From an uncultured Eubacteriales bacterium (lineage in GTDB: Bacteria > Bacillota > Clostridia > Oscillospirales > CAG-272), in the NCBI GenBank assembly GCA_934394585.1, contig CAKRQU010000002.1:51874-115873 (forward strand): 64,000 nt of DNA, in the 5' to 3' direction. Within the stretch, counting starts at the first letter, position 1. Each line of letters starts with the position of its first letter. The position numbers and the translations under genes are program-made. Below are positions 9,240 to 19,465 of this stretch, piece after piece. Below the pieces are notes generated by a model. That model ran no database searches, had not been told where the DNA came from, and saw nothing but the letters and a program-made list of their open reading frames with translations.

Positions 9240-10013
9240 TCACGTCCTGAAATCCACCGATGAAAAATCGTAATTCAGCTCGTAGCTGCCTATATCGTAT
9301 CTCGAAACAAGCGCGCCCTCGCAATATGTACGCACCGAGCGGACTATTCCGGAATCCTCGGAAATATGGACTTTATCGGTATAGGAAAGCGACGGGATGG
9401 TATATTCCACAATATATTCGTTATCGCGTTTATAGCAATCGGTCACGGTATATCCGCCGTTTGCAAAAAGGCAGAATGACGGTACATAAGCCACATTTTC
9501 AAAAGAATACGCTTCGCTGTATTCCGTGCTGAAAAGAAGCTCGTCATCGGCGGAAAAATACGAAACGGTTTTTCCGTCGCATACCACGCTGTATTTTTTC
9601 TGCTCCGTGCCTTCGTTATAATAAAGCTTGTATCTGTCGCCGTTTTTCCACAGACGCAGGTCGTCCTGAACAAAGCCGTCCGGCGTGGCAAACATCATAT
9701 ATACTTCCATATAGAAATCATCCGCGAAAGGATAGGCGGAAAGCAGCTTTGCCATGGCTTCACCGCCCGTTGGATCGGAAATGTATTCGTAATTTGCGTT
9801 TTCGCCGTCACGACCGGCAGGAGCGGAAGTTTCCTCCTGCGTGCCGCCGCGCGGAATATCGAAAAGTCCCGCCCGCGAAAGCCCGAATATCACCGTCGTG
9901 CAAACGAGGAAAAACGCAGCCACCAGCGTAAAAACGGAATAAAGCGACATCGCCCCGTTTGACGAAAGAAGTTTTTTTATTTTTTTCATCATGCGTTTTT
10001 CCTCCTTTATCAT
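9240..10013 (-). CDS. hypothetical membrane-anchored protein
   Basis: N-terminal signal-anchor helix and a beta-rich extracytoplasmic domain. No motif recognised. Confidence 0.4.
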   Translation of the reverse strand: MIKEEKRMMKKIKKLLSSNGAMSLYSVFTLVAAFFLVCTTVIFGLSRAGLFDIPRGGTQEETSAPAGRDGENANYEYISDPTGGEAMAKLLSAYPFADDFYMEVYMMFATPDGFVQDDLRLWKNGDRYKLYYNEGTEQKKYSVVCDGKTVSYFSADDELLFSTEYSEAYSFENVAYVPSFCLFANGGYTVTDCYKRDNEYIVEYTIPSLSYTDKVHISEDSGIVRSVRTYCEGALVSRYDIGSYELNYDFSSVDFRT

Positions 10014-10023
10014 ACAAAAATCA

Positions 10024-11055
10024 TCATGCGGATTTTCCTTTTCCCGAAATGATAAATATCATTGCCATATATGCCGTGGCAAGCAGCGCTATCAGCGCGC
10101 CGTAAACCATGCTGATATTCATCACCGCCGCGGCTATACAGTAAACCGCTGTCACCAGATATAAAGTAACGGCGGCTTTTTTCTGCGAATAGCCCGCGTA
10201 AAGCACCAGTCTGTGGTGTATATGTCCGCGGTCCGGCGAAAATATATTTTCCCGCTTCAGCGCGCGGCGCACCATGGCAAAAGCCGTATCAAAAACAGGC
10301 ACGGCAAATATCAGCGCCGGCACCGCTATGGAAACAAGCATGCGCGATTTCGTCAACCCTGTCACGGAAGCGCAGGCGAGCACATATCCGAGAAACATGG
10401 AACCCGTATCTCCCATAAAAACCGACGCGGGATTGCAGTTATACGGCAGAAAGCCGAGCGACGCGCCGAAAAGACAAAAGCACAGCACGGCGCATACATA
10501 ATTTCCCGCCGAGGCACAGAGCGCGGCGAGCGCGGCGGACGAAAGCGCGGATATGCCTCCCGCCAGTCCGTCTATACCGTCGATTATATTGAAAGCATTT
10601 ATCACGCCCGCTATCCACAAAACCGTCACCGGTACCGAGAAAACGCCCAGATTCAATATCCCGTGCGGCAGACCGACAAATTCCGTTTTTATTCCGCAAA
10701 CAGCCGTAAAAACAGCGACAGATACCTGCCCCGCGAGCTTCACAAAAGGATTCAGCGCCTTTATGTCATCGGCTATGCCGAGCGCACATATCATCATGCC
10801 GCCCGTGATGATGACGGCACATTCGCGCGGGAAAACCCCGTTTTGCGTAAACACGAGCACGCACGACAGCGCAAAAGCGACCGCTATGGCTATGCCTCCC
10901 ATGCGCGCCGTCGGATTTTTGTGCATACGCCGCCCGTCGCGCGGGATATCCACGGCGCCGACAAGGAAAGAAAGCCTGCGTGCCGCGGGTGTCATTACGG
11001 CGGAAAGCAGAAATGCCGCTCCCGCCGCAGAAAAGTATATTATATTATTCTGCAA
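10024..11055 (-). CDS. tagO: MraY/WecA-family polyprenyl-phosphate GlcNAc-1-phosphate transferase
   Basis: 343-aa polytopic protein with NAFNIIDGIDGLAGG and GDTGSMFLG motifs (GT4 MraY-like family). TTG start. Confidence 0.75.
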   Translation of the reverse strand: MQNNIIYFSAAGAAFLLSAVMTPAARRLSFLVGAVDIPRDGRRMHKNPTARMGGIAIAVAFALSCVLVFTQNGVFPRECAVIITGGMMICALGIADDIKALNPFVKLAGQVSVAVFTAVCGIKTEFVGLPHGILNLGVFSVPVTVLWIAGVINAFNIIDGIDGLAGGISALSSAALAALCASAGNYVCAVLCFCLFGASLGFLPYNCNPASVFMGDTGSMFLGYVLACASVTGLTKSRMLVSIAVPALIFAVPVFDTAFAMVRRALKRENIFSPDRGHIHHRLVLYAGYSQKKAAVTLYLVTAVYCIAAAVMNISMVYGALIALLATAYMAMIFIISGKGKSA

Positions 11056-11102
11056 AATATCTCCGTATCAAGGCGATGCGCGAAAAAACGCCGCCTTTCA
11101 GA

Positions 11103-12107
11103 TTATTTTGCCGCAAATCCCACCTTGCGGTAAACCTTTGACAGGGTTTTGTTTGCGAGATAAGACGCAAATTCCGCATTTTTCTTCATTATGGATTCGA
11201 GATAAGCTTTATCCGCCATAAGTCTGGCAAATTCAGCCTGAACGGGTGCGAGAGCGTCAGCACATGCTTCGCCTACGGCAAGTTTGAAATCTCCGTAGCC
11301 GCGCCCGTCAAATTCGCGCTCTGTATCCTCATCGCTCTTTCCCGTAAAGCAGGAATATATCGTCATCAGATTGTTTATTCCGTCCTTGCCGTCGGCGCGC
11401 TTTACCACGGTATCGCTGTCCGTCACGGCACGTTTGAATTTGCGTATGATATCGTCGCGCGAATCGAGCATATATACGCAAGCGTTTGCATTCTCGTCCG
11501 ATTTGCTCATTTTCTTTGTCGGATCGGCGAGAGAATTTATCTTTTTGCCTGTTTTCGGCGTATAAATTTCGGGCAGAGTGAATGTTTCGGAATAAATCTG
11601 ATTGAAACGCATGGCTATATCGCGCGTGATTTCAACATGCTGTTTCTGATCTATGCCGACGGGCACGAGATTTGTCTGGTAAAGCAGAATATCCGCCGCC
11701 ATCAGTGTAGGATAGGTGAAAAGTCCGGCATTTATATTTTGCGCGTTTTTTGCACTTTTATCCTTGAATTGCGTCATTCTGGAAAGCTCTCCGAACATTG
11801 TATAGCAATTCAGCACCCATGCAAGTTCGGCATGCGCGGGAACATGGCTCTGAACAAAAAGCACGTTTTTCTCGGGATCCAGTCCGCTCGCGATATAGAG
11901 AGCCAGCGTTTCATACGTGCGGCGACGAAGCTCGGCGGGATTTTGTCTTACAGTTATCGCGTGCATATCGGCTACGCAGTAAATGCTGTTGTATTCCGTT
12001 TCAAACGCTTTCCAGTTTCCTATGGCACCGAGATAGTTTCCTATCGTGAGATTGCCGCTCGGCTGAACGCCGGAAAATATGATTTTTTTGTCTTTTGAAA
12101 ATTCCAT
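11103..12107 (-). CDS. trpS: tryptophan--tRNA ligase
   Basis: Class I motifs: the GNYLGA segment (HIGH-region equivalent) and KMSKS. Typical length of 334 aa. Confidence 0.9.
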   Translation of the reverse strand: MEFSKDKKIIFSGVQPSGNLTIGNYLGAIGNWKAFETEYNSIYCVADMHAITVRQNPAELRRRTYETLALYIASGLDPEKNVLFVQSHVPAHAELAWVLNCYTMFGELSRMTQFKDKSAKNAQNINAGLFTYPTLMAADILLYQTNLVPVGIDQKQHVEITRDIAMRFNQIYSETFTLPEIYTPKTGKKINSLADPTKKMSKSDENANACVYMLDSRDDIIRKFKRAVTDSDTVVKRADGKDGINNLMTIYSCFTGKSDEDTEREFDGRGYGDFKLAVGEACADALAPVQAEFARLMADKAYLESIMKKNAEFASYLANKTLSKVYRKVGFAAK

Positions 12108-12162
12108 GGTCTTGTATTAAGGGAGTTTTCCCCTTTCCTTTCCCGGCAAAAGCCGTATAATA

Positions 12163-13368
12163 TCATTTCATAAATTCATGCGCAGCTTCGGCGAGGAGCT
12201 TTACGCCGCGCTCTATTTCGTCCTCGGACGGAGAGGAATAATTCATGCGGAATGCGTGCGAAGGCAGGCTCATATCCGCAGCAAAAGCAAAGCCCGGCAC
12301 CACAAAAACATCCTTTTGCGCGGCATATTTCGCAAAATCCGCGCTGTTATATTTCCCCGGCATCTCACACCAGAGGAAAAGTCCGCCCTCGGGGCGCGTA
12401 TGCGTCACGCTTTCGGGCATATATTCATCGAGCATATCCATCATCAGACGGCATTTCTTTCCGTAAAGCGCGCATATTCTGCTTATATGCGCATCCATAT
12501 CGTATTCGCAGAGCATTTTATAGCAAAGCTTCTGGAAAAAGAGATTTGTATGCACATCGGCGCACTGCTTCGCGTAAACCACGGGCTTCATGAAATCCTT
12601 CTGCGCCACGAGATAACCCATTCTCATGCCGGAAGAAAGAATTTTCGAAAACGAGCTGCAATATATGACCAGTCCGTCCTCATCGAGCGCCTTCAGCGTG
12701 GGAATGTCCTCGCCCGAAAAACGAAGCTCACCGTAAGGATTGTCCTCCAGAATGAAAACGCCGTATTTTTTGGCGAGAGAAAGAATTTCTTTTCTGCGGG
12801 CGAGCGATGTCGTTATTCCCGTAGGGTTCTGGAAAGCGGAAATAATATAGATGAATTTCGTATTTTTGTTTTCGCGCAGAGCTTTTTCGAGAAGCCCGAT
12901 ATCCATGCCCTCGTGCGTCATCGGTATGCCGACGAGCTTTGCCCCGTAAGAACGGAAGGAATTGAGCGCGCCGACAAAGCTCGGCGTTTCGCATATCACC
13001 GTATCGCCCTCGTTGCAAAGAGTGCGCGCGGTGAGGTCCAGTCCCTGCTGACCGCCCGTCAGGGTTATCAGCTCGTCGCCGTCCTTTATCATGCCGAATT
13101 TCTTTGAAAGACGTTCTTTTATTTTTTCGCGCAGAGGCTCATACCCCTCCGAAACTCCGTACTGAAACGCCTGCGGATCGGAAGCAAAAATCTCCGCCGA
13201 GGCTTTTGCCATCGCCTCCAGCGGGAATGTCGATGTATCGGGGTTTCCCGCGGAAAAGGCAATCACGTCTCTGCCGCTCGTGGCGGCGAGTATCTCTCTC
13301 ACCGCATTGCCTTTGAGAGATTTCATTTTTTCGGATAACATATTTGCCATATCAATGTACATTTTCAT
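12163..13368 (-). CDS. PLP-dependent aminotransferase (class I/II)
   Basis: About 400 aa. SFSKILSSGMRMGY carries the PLP-lysine motif (SxSK). Start ambiguous (GTG 13371 or ATG 13368). Confidence 0.75.
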   Translation of the reverse strand: MKMYIDMANMLSEKMKSLKGNAVREILAATSGRDVIAFSAGNPDTSTFPLEAMAKASAEIFASDPQAFQYGVSEGYEPLREKIKERLSKKFGMIKDGDELITLTGGQQGLDLTARTLCNEGDTVICETPSFVGALNSFRSYGAKLVGIPMTHEGMDIGLLEKALRENKNTKFIYIISAFQNPTGITTSLARRKEILSLAKKYGVFILEDNPYGELRFSGEDIPTLKALDEDGLVIYCSSFSKILSSGMRMGYLVAQKDFMKPVVYAKQCADVHTNLFFQKLCYKMLCEYDMDAHISRICALYGKKCRLMMDMLDEYMPESVTHTRPEGGLFLWCEMPGKYNSADFAKYAAQKDVFVVPGFAFAADMSLPSHAFRMNYSSPSEDEIERGVKLLAEAAHEFMK

Positions 13369-13581
13369 CACCGGATTTCTGAGTATTTCAAATTATATAA
13401 TAACAATAATTTAAGTATTTTTCAATAGAATTATATAAAAAATTTCGGTTTTTCGCGCACGAAAGGAGAATTTTCGGCGGAAGTCGCGAAAAATTACCAG
13501 ATTTTTTATATGGCTTTTTTCGCTTTTGCGGTTTATAATTTAAAATGGTATCCGCAAAAAAGCGAAAGTGAGGCGATTTTT

Positions 13582-14208
13582 ATGGAGCTTCGCATCATAG
13601 AGGACGATATGCTGAGAATCATGCTTACAGAGCTTGATATGATAAAATACGATATTGATTGCGATTCTCTCGACTATAAGAATACGAAAACAAGAAAAGC
13701 CGTGTGGGGCATACTCGACGAGGCGTACAGAAAAACGGGTTTTGACGCCGCCAAAGAGCGCGTATGCATAAAAATTTATCCCGACAAAAGCGGCGGCTGT
13801 AAAATCTACATAACAAAACTGCACGACAAGCTTCCGCCGGAAGACGAAATGAATTATTCCACCGTAAAAGAAAGACCCATGCAGGAAACGGGACCAAAAA
13901 AAGCCGCCGTATACGGTTTTGCCGATCTGGATTCGCTCATAAACGTATGCAGGCACCTCGGCAGATCCTCTTACGACGGAGAAAGCGGCGCTTATATCGG
14001 TTGCGAGAAAGATAAAAAACGTTTTTATCTCGTGATATACGAAGACCCCGCGCAAATACGCGGCAGGCAGAGCCGCCCCTCGAGAGAAAGTCTTTTTATA
14101 TGCGAATACGGCACAAAAATATCCGCGCCCGACGCGCTTTCTTACATAAAAGAGCACGGATGTGCGATATGCGAGGAAAATGCCGTTTCAAAACTCGCCG
14201 CGCTGTGA
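13582..14208 (+). CDS. mecA: adaptor protein MecA-like
   Basis: N-terminus MELRIIEDDMLRIMLTELDM resembles the MecA N-domain. C-terminal YLVIYED...CEYGTKI...IKEHGCAICEENAVSKL resembles the ClpC-binding domain. Internal ATG with GTGAGG RBS. Confidence 0.55.
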   Translation: MELRIIEDDMLRIMLTELDMIKYDIDCDSLDYKNTKTRKAVWGILDEAYRKTGFDAAKERVCIKIYPDKSGGCKIYITKLHDKLPPEDEMNYSTVKERPMQETGPKKAAVYGFADLDSLINVCRHLGRSSYDGESGAYIGCEKDKKRFYLVIYEDPAQIRGRQSRPSRESLFICEYGTKISAPDALSYIKEHGCAICEENAVSKLAAL

Positions 14209-14304
14209 AAAACCGAGATTTATTTTTGCAAACGTATAGATTTTTTTCGCGATTTATGGTAGTATATCTTTGAATACGACAAAAATCGGAGGATTACATA
14301 CAGT

Positions 14305-14868
14305 ATGGAAACAAAAACTCTGGAAGAAATAAAAAAAGAATGTGAAAACTGCCGCAGGTGCAGTCTGTGCGAAACAAGGACAAATACCGTTTTCGGCGCG
14401 GGAAATCCCCATGCCGACCTGATGTTTGTCGGCGAAGCACCCGGGGAAAAAGAGGATCTTTCCGGCATCCCATTTGTCGGCGCGGCGGGAAAGCTTTTTG
14501 ACAAATATCTCGCAGCCGTCGGCATTTCGCGCGATGAAGTATATATCGCCAATATGCTGAAATGCCGCCCGCCGAAAAACCGCGACCCGAAACCTGAGGA
14601 AGAGGATCTCTGCATAGATTATCTGCGCGAACAGGTGCGCGCCATATCGCCGAAACTGATCGTATGCCTCGGCAGAATATCGGCTATGCGCCTGATAAAG
14701 CCCGATTTCCGCATAACCGCGGAGCACGGCGTGTGGTTTGAACGCGGCGCTTTCTCCGTTTCCGCCGTATATCATCCCTCCGCTCTCCTTCGCGACCCGC
14801 GTAAAAAGGACGATATGCTCGCCGATATGTTGGAAATAAAAAAACGCCTCGATGCGCTGAAAAATTGA
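14305..14868 (+). CDS. uracil-DNA glycosylase, family 4
   Basis: 4Fe-4S Cys motif CRRCSLC and GAGNPHADLMFVGEAPGEKED are characteristic of family 4 UDG. Confidence 0.8.
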   Translation: METKTLEEIKKECENCRRCSLCETRTNTVFGAGNPHADLMFVGEAPGEKEDLSGIPFVGAAGKLFDKYLAAVGISRDEVYIANMLKCRPPKNRDPKPEEEDLCIDYLREQVRAISPKLIVCLGRISAMRLIKPDFRITAEHGVWFERGAFSVSAVYHPSALLRDPRKKDDMLADMLEIKKRLDALKN

Positions 14869-15010
14869 CGGCGACGTACGAAACGCCCGGAAATGCGGAT
14901 TTTTTGCTTTGTGTGAAAAATCCGCACTCTTTTTTGTAAAAAGCACTTGAAAATCGCTCGTTTTTATTGTATAATAATTCCAAATAATTTTTTTGCAAAG
15001 AGGTAATTTT

Positions 15011-16252
15011 ATGATCAAACTTTACGGTAATGCCATCGTGGGACAGTCCGGCGGACCTACGGCAGCAATAAACGCCACGCTTTCCGGCGTAATACGAGGC
15101 GCATTTGAGTGTGATCAGATTGACAAAATCTACGGCGCAATAAACGGTATAGAGGGCGTTCTGGAAAGAAAATTCTGTCTTTTGAACGATGTTATTTCCG
15201 GCGAAGGCGATTTCCGCCTGCTCGAAAACACTCCCGCAGCCGCGCTCGGCTCCTGCCGCAAAAAGCTGCCGAAAGATATGACCGGCGACAATCTCATCGT
15301 TTACGAGCAGATACTCGATGTTTTCCGCGATTACAATATCAGATATTTCTTCTATATCGGCGGAAACGATTCCATGGATACCGTGGCAAAGCTTTCCGAA
15401 TATATGGACAGCGTGGGATATGACATGCGCGTAATAGGCGTCCCCAAAACCATAGATAACGATCTCGTCGGCACCGACCATACCCCCGGTTTCGGTTCCG
15501 CCGCAAAATATATAGCCACCACCATGCAGGAAATAATACGCGATACGGCTGTTTACACGGTGAAAGCGGTGACAATAGTCGAGATAATGGGCAGAGATGC
15601 CGGCTGGCTCACGGCTTGCGCGGCGCTTCCCTCTCTTTGCACGGATACCGCGCCGGATCTCGTTTATCTGCCCGAGGTCACATTCGATTATGACGAATTT
15701 TTTGCCGATGTCGCAAAGGCACTGGAGGCTCATCCCAATGTGGTGGTAGCCGTTTCCGAGGGAATAAGACTGAAGGACGGCACTTACGTCGGAGAAGGCA
15801 CGCAGAGCGGCGCGACCGACGCTTTCGGTCACAAATATCTTGCCGGCACGGCAAAGGCTCTGGAGATCGCCGTGAAAGAAAAATTCGGCTGTAAGGTACG
15901 CTCGATAGAGCTGAATCTTCCCCAGCGTTGCGCATCGCATATCGCGTCGAAAACAGATCTCGACGAAGCCGTGATGATAGGAAAAGCGGCTGTAAAGAGC
16001 GCTTCCGAAGGCGAAACGGGCAAAATGATGATTTTTGTACGCGCTTCCGAAGGCGCATACGATATTCATACCGACAGCCTCGATATAAAGAATATCGCAA
16101 ATGCGGTACGCAGCGTACCCCGCGACTTTATAAACAAGCGCGGCAATAATGTGACAAAAGAATGCCTTGAGTACATTCATCCCCTCATCATGGGCGAAGT
16201 TTCGCAGATATACGAGGGCGGAATACCGAAGCATTTCGTGATAAAGAAATAA
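15011..16252 (+). CDS. pfp: diphosphate--fructose-6-phosphate 1-phosphotransferase (PPi-dependent PFK)
   Basis: GGPTAAINA, IGGNDS (Asp at the Gly104-equivalent position) and PKTIDND (Lys at the Gly124-equivalent position) are PPi-specificity signatures. MGR motif also present. Confidence 0.8.
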   Translation: MIKLYGNAIVGQSGGPTAAINATLSGVIRGAFECDQIDKIYGAINGIEGVLERKFCLLNDVISGEGDFRLLENTPAAALGSCRKKLPKDMTGDNLIVYEQILDVFRDYNIRYFFYIGGNDSMDTVAKLSEYMDSVGYDMRVIGVPKTIDNDLVGTDHTPGFGSAAKYIATTMQEIIRDTAVYTVKAVTIVEIMGRDAGWLTACAALPSLCTDTAPDLVYLPEVTFDYDEFFADVAKALEAHPNVVVAVSEGIRLKDGTYVGEGTQSGATDAFGHKYLAGTAKALEIAVKEKFGCKVRSIELNLPQRCASHIASKTDLDEAVMIGKAAVKSASEGETGKMMIFVRASEGAYDIHTDSLDIKNIANAVRSVPRDFINKRGNNVTKECLEYIHPLIMGEVSQIYEGGIPKHFVIKK

Positions 16253-16259
16253 AAAAACG

Positions 16260-16289
16260 GCAAGCGGAGCAAAACCGCTTGCTTTTTTT
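16260..16289 (+). terminator. intrinsic terminator after pfp
   Basis: GCAAGCGG-loop-CCGCTTGC stem followed by T7. Confidence 0.7.
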
Positions 16290-16309
16290 ATGCAAATCAA
16301 TCTGCACTA

Positions 16310-16338
16310 TTGACTTATTGCCTCGCGTGATGTATAAT
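16310..16338 (+). promoter_or_regulatory. sigma-A type promoter
   Basis: TTGACT-17 nt-TATAAT upstream of the FAD protein gene. Confidence 0.5.
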
Positions 16339-16392
16339 AATATGGTGCTTTTCGCACACAATACCGCCGCTTGCGGCAAACGGAGTGATAAA

Positions 16393-17769
16393 ATGAAATA
16401 CGATGTAATTATCATAGGTGCGGGTCCCGGCGGAATTTTTTCCGCTTATGAGCTGACAAAAACAATGCCTCAGCTCAAAATCGCCGTTTTTGAAACGGGG
16501 CATCCGCTCGAAAAACGTCATTGTCCCATCGATGGCGACAAGGTGAAAACCTGCATAGGCTGTAAAACCTGCTCGATAATGAGCGGATTCGGCGGAGCGG
16601 GCGCTTTTTCCGATGGTAAATACAATATAACAAACGATTTCGGCGGCACGCTGTATGAGCATATAGGCAAAAAACAGGCTCTCGACCTGATGAAATATGT
16701 GGACGAAATAAATATGCAGTTCGGCGGCGAGGGCACAAAGCTTTATACCACAGCCGGCTCGAAATTCAAAAAAATATGTATCCAGAATAAGCTCAATCTT
16801 CTCGAGGCATCCGTTCGTCATCTCGGCACGGATGTAAATTTCGTGGTTTTGAAAAATCTGTACGATTATCTGAAAGATCGCATGGATTTCTATTTCGATA
16901 CGCCTGTAAAGGATATTGCAAAAACACAATCCGGATATGCTGTGACTACCGACAAGGGTTCTTTTGAATGCACCGATTGTATAGTTTCCGTGGGCAGAAG
17001 CGGCAGCAAATGGATGGAAGAAATCTGCAAAAAAATGGGCATTCATACCAAATCAAACCGCGTGGATATCGGTGTCCGCGTGGAATTGCCAGCCGTGGTT
17101 TTCTCGCATCTCACAGACGAGCTTTATGAAAGCAAAATAATTTACCGCACGGAAAAATTCGAAGACAATGTGCGCACATTCTGCATGAATCCGCACGGTA
17201 TAGTCGTAAACGAAAATACAAACGGTATCGTCACCGTAAACGGTCACAGCTATGAAGACCCCAAAATGCAGACGGAAAATACAAATTTCGCGCTCCTCGT
17301 GTCAAAGCATTTTTCCGAGCCTTTTGAAGACAGCAACGGATACGGCGAAAGCATAGCCCGCCTTTCCAATATGCTCGGCGGAGGAGTAATAGTTCAGAGA
17401 TTCGGCGATCTTGTCCGCGGTCGTCGCAGCAATACAAAACGAATAGAAGAATCTTTCGTCACGCCCACTCTCGCTGCAACTCCGGGCGACCTCAGCCTCG
17501 TTCTTCCCAAAAGAATACTCGACGGCATAGTGGAAATGATTTATGCGCTCGATAAAATCGCCCCCGGAACAGCAAACGATGATACTCTGCTCTACGGCGT
17601 GGAAGTGAAATTTTATAATATGGAAGTCGCCACAAACGAATCTCTCGAAACGGAGTACAAAGGACTTTACATCATCGGCGACGGTTCCGGAATAACCCAC
17701 TCGCTTTCCCATGCATCCGCAAGCGGCGTTTATGTGGCGCGCAAAATAACGGAAGAAGCAAATCAGTAA
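16393..17769 (+). CDS. FAD-dependent oxidoreductase (COG2509-like)
   Basis: N-terminal dinucleotide fold YDVIIIGAGPGG. About 458 aa from the internal ATG at 16393. Confidence 0.7.
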   Translation: MKYDVIIIGAGPGGIFSAYELTKTMPQLKIAVFETGHPLEKRHCPIDGDKVKTCIGCKTCSIMSGFGGAGAFSDGKYNITNDFGGTLYEHIGKKQALDLMKYVDEINMQFGGEGTKLYTTAGSKFKKICIQNKLNLLEASVRHLGTDVNFVVLKNLYDYLKDRMDFYFDTPVKDIAKTQSGYAVTTDKGSFECTDCIVSVGRSGSKWMEEICKKMGIHTKSNRVDIGVRVELPAVVFSHLTDELYESKIIYRTEKFEDNVRTFCMNPHGIVVNENTNGIVTVNGHSYEDPKMQTENTNFALLVSKHFSEPFEDSNGYGESIARLSNMLGGGVIVQRFGDLVRGRRSNTKRIEESFVTPTLAATPGDLSLVLPKRILDGIVEMIYALDKIAPGTANDDTLLYGVEVKFYNMEVATNESLETEYKGLYIIGDGSGITHSLSHASASGVYVARKITEEANQ

Positions 17770-17779
17770 AATATCATAC

Positions 17780-17812
17780 AAAGTCCGCGCGATTTGCGCG
17801 GACTTTTATTTT
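17780..17812 (+). terminator. intrinsic terminator
   Basis: AGTCCGCGC-GATTT-GCGCGGACT stem followed by a T-rich run. Confidence 0.7.
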
Positions 17813-18167
17813 AAAGTTACGTTTTCTCCCGCCGGATAACGTGGTCGCGCTTTTTACCGACCAAAATCGAGGGCTTTTAACCCTTCTTTGCCAACTGAAT
17901 ACCATATTAACGCAACATCAAAGGCGGGCGCAATGCGCCCGCCTTTGATACAGGGGTATTTATAATGAAGAGAATTTAGCTGTATTGATAAACCGAAAGC
18001 AAAAATCCTGCGCACAATAACACGCGCAGACAAAACATTCTGCCGTGTACGGCACGCAAGCCTCGCAAAGCGCACAAGAATGCCTATCTGCCGAGAATAC
18101 GCTTGCTACGCAGCGGCAATTCAGCAAGCAACCGTATTGCCGCCCTTCGACGCCTTACTCTGCAAAT

Positions 18168-18485
18168 TTATACTATCAGCCCCGATAAACCGATACCGAC
18201 AAGCAGGGCGCACACGCAGAAAACGCCCGCGCCAAGATAAGCTCCAACGCGTGCAACGCGCTTCTTTTTCAGAGCGAAATTCACTTTTCTCACGGCTATT
18301 ATCACGCTCGCCACGACAAAGCAGAAACCATTACCCACGGCCGTGAAAATACAGGCAAAAAATGCCGCGACGATGGCAAAAAGTCTGCCGAGCAAACCGA
18401 TTTTCTTTTCGTGAGAGGGGCAAACCGCTTCAAAAATATAGATTTTTCCGCCTTCCATTATTTCCACGCCTTTTTCGGTAATCAT
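18168..18485 (-). CDS. small hypothetical membrane protein
   Basis: GGAGG RBS upstream of ATG 18485. Three predicted hydrophobic helices. Confidence 0.35.
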   Translation of the reverse strand: MITEKGVEIMEGGKIYIFEAVCPSHEKKIGLLGRLFAIVAAFFACIFTAVGNGFCFVVASVIIAVRKVNFALKKKRVARVGAYLGAGVFCVCALLVGIGLSGLIV

Positions 18486-18635
18486 ATCTGCCTCCGTTCT
18501 ATATTTGCGTATAAATTTTACCGTCAAATATAATTTACATCTTGATTATACTATGGCTTTCCCGATTTGTCAATACTTTTTTATAATTTTTTTGAAAAAT
18601 TTTACCGCGAAATATAAAATTTTATCAAAAAGTAC

Positions 18636-18664
18636 TTTACAAACGGGAATTTTTGTGATAGAAT
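18636..18664 (+). promoter_or_regulatory. sigma-A type promoter with TGn extended -10
   Basis: TTTACA-17 nt-(TGA)TAGAAT, 67 nt upstream of the XRE-S24 gene. Confidence 0.45.
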
Positions 18665-18730
18665 GCTTTTGTAATATAAATATGAAGTTTCCAAAAAAAT
18701 ATTCTCATTAAATTAAAATCGGAGGTTTTT

Positions 18731-19465
18731 ATGGACTGGCTGGACAGCATAAAAAGAATAAAAAAGGAAAAAGGGCTTACAAACGAGCAGCTTTCCGAAA
18801 TTTCGGGGATATCTCTCGGCACATTGAACAAGCTGCTTTCCGGCGCCACCGCCGACCCGAAGCTTTCCACGCTCTCTTCCCTGTCTCAGGCTTTTTCCTG
18901 CTCTTTTGACGAGCTTCTCGGAAAAAGCGCGCCCGATGTCTCCGCTTCCGGAAGTGAAACGATACGCAGATATTATGCGCTCGACGCAAGCGGAAAAGAA
19001 ACCGCCGATTATATTATAAATAAGGAATACAATCGCATCATCTCCGAGAAAAAGCCCGTCGCGGGCGAAAAAATGCGCGATGCCGCGAAAAAAATCCGCA
19101 CGATACGCCTGTTTTCCACGGCAGCGTCTGCCGGCACCGGCTCATATCTCTCCGGAAACGACTATACAAATATCTCGGTTTACAGCAATCCTACCACCGA
19201 TGCGGCTGATTTTGCCATACGCGTGCGCGGCAACAGTATGGAACCGAAATTCAGCGACGGGGATATACTCCTCGTTTCCGACCGCAAGCGCATTGAAATA
19301 GGTGAGCTCGGCATTTTTTCCGTAGATGGCGAAAGCTATTTCAAGCAGTACGGCGGAAACAGGCTCATCTCGCTGAATCCCGACTACAGTGATATTCCGC
19401 TTGATACAGCGGACAAAGCCGTATGCTTCGGCAAAGTTATCGGCAAGCTGAAAAAGCAGTCATGA
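18731..19465 (+). CDS. XRE-family HTH repressor with C-terminal S24 (LexA/CI-like) self-cleaving peptidase domain
   Basis: HTH segment LTNEQLSEISGISLGTLNKLLSG. S24 motif VRGNSMEPKFSDGDILLV with a downstream Lys (FKQY). Confidence 0.75.
   Translation: MDWLDSIKRIKKEKGLTNEQLSEISGISLGTLNKLLSGATADPKLSTLSSLSQAFSCSFDELLGKSAPDVSASGSETIRRYYALDASGKETADYIINKEYNRIISEKKPVAGEKMRDAAKKIRTIRLFSTAASAGTGSYLSGNDYTNISVYSNPTTDAADFAIRVRGNSMEPKFSDGDILLVSDRKRIEIGELGIFSVDGESYFKQYGGNRLISLNPDYSDIPLDTADKAVCFGKVIGKLKKQS

Noticed and set aside
10213-11221. 306-aa and 222-aa plus-strand ORFs
   Set aside because: They are antisense to the MraY/WecA-family gene, with an Arg-rich low-complexity composition.
12108-12162. Expected T-box leader upstream of trpS
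   Set aside because: Only 55 nt separate trpS from the upstream aminotransferase gene, and the region upstream of that gene is also short. There is no specifier-loop or T-box sequence. trpS is probably co-transcribed.
14684-16300. 538-aa ORF on the minus strand
   Set aside because: It is entirely antisense to the well-supported pfp gene and the UDG gene 3' end. It has no recognisable motif, a skewed Arg/Phe/Tyr composition and no RBS. It is a typical shadow ORF.
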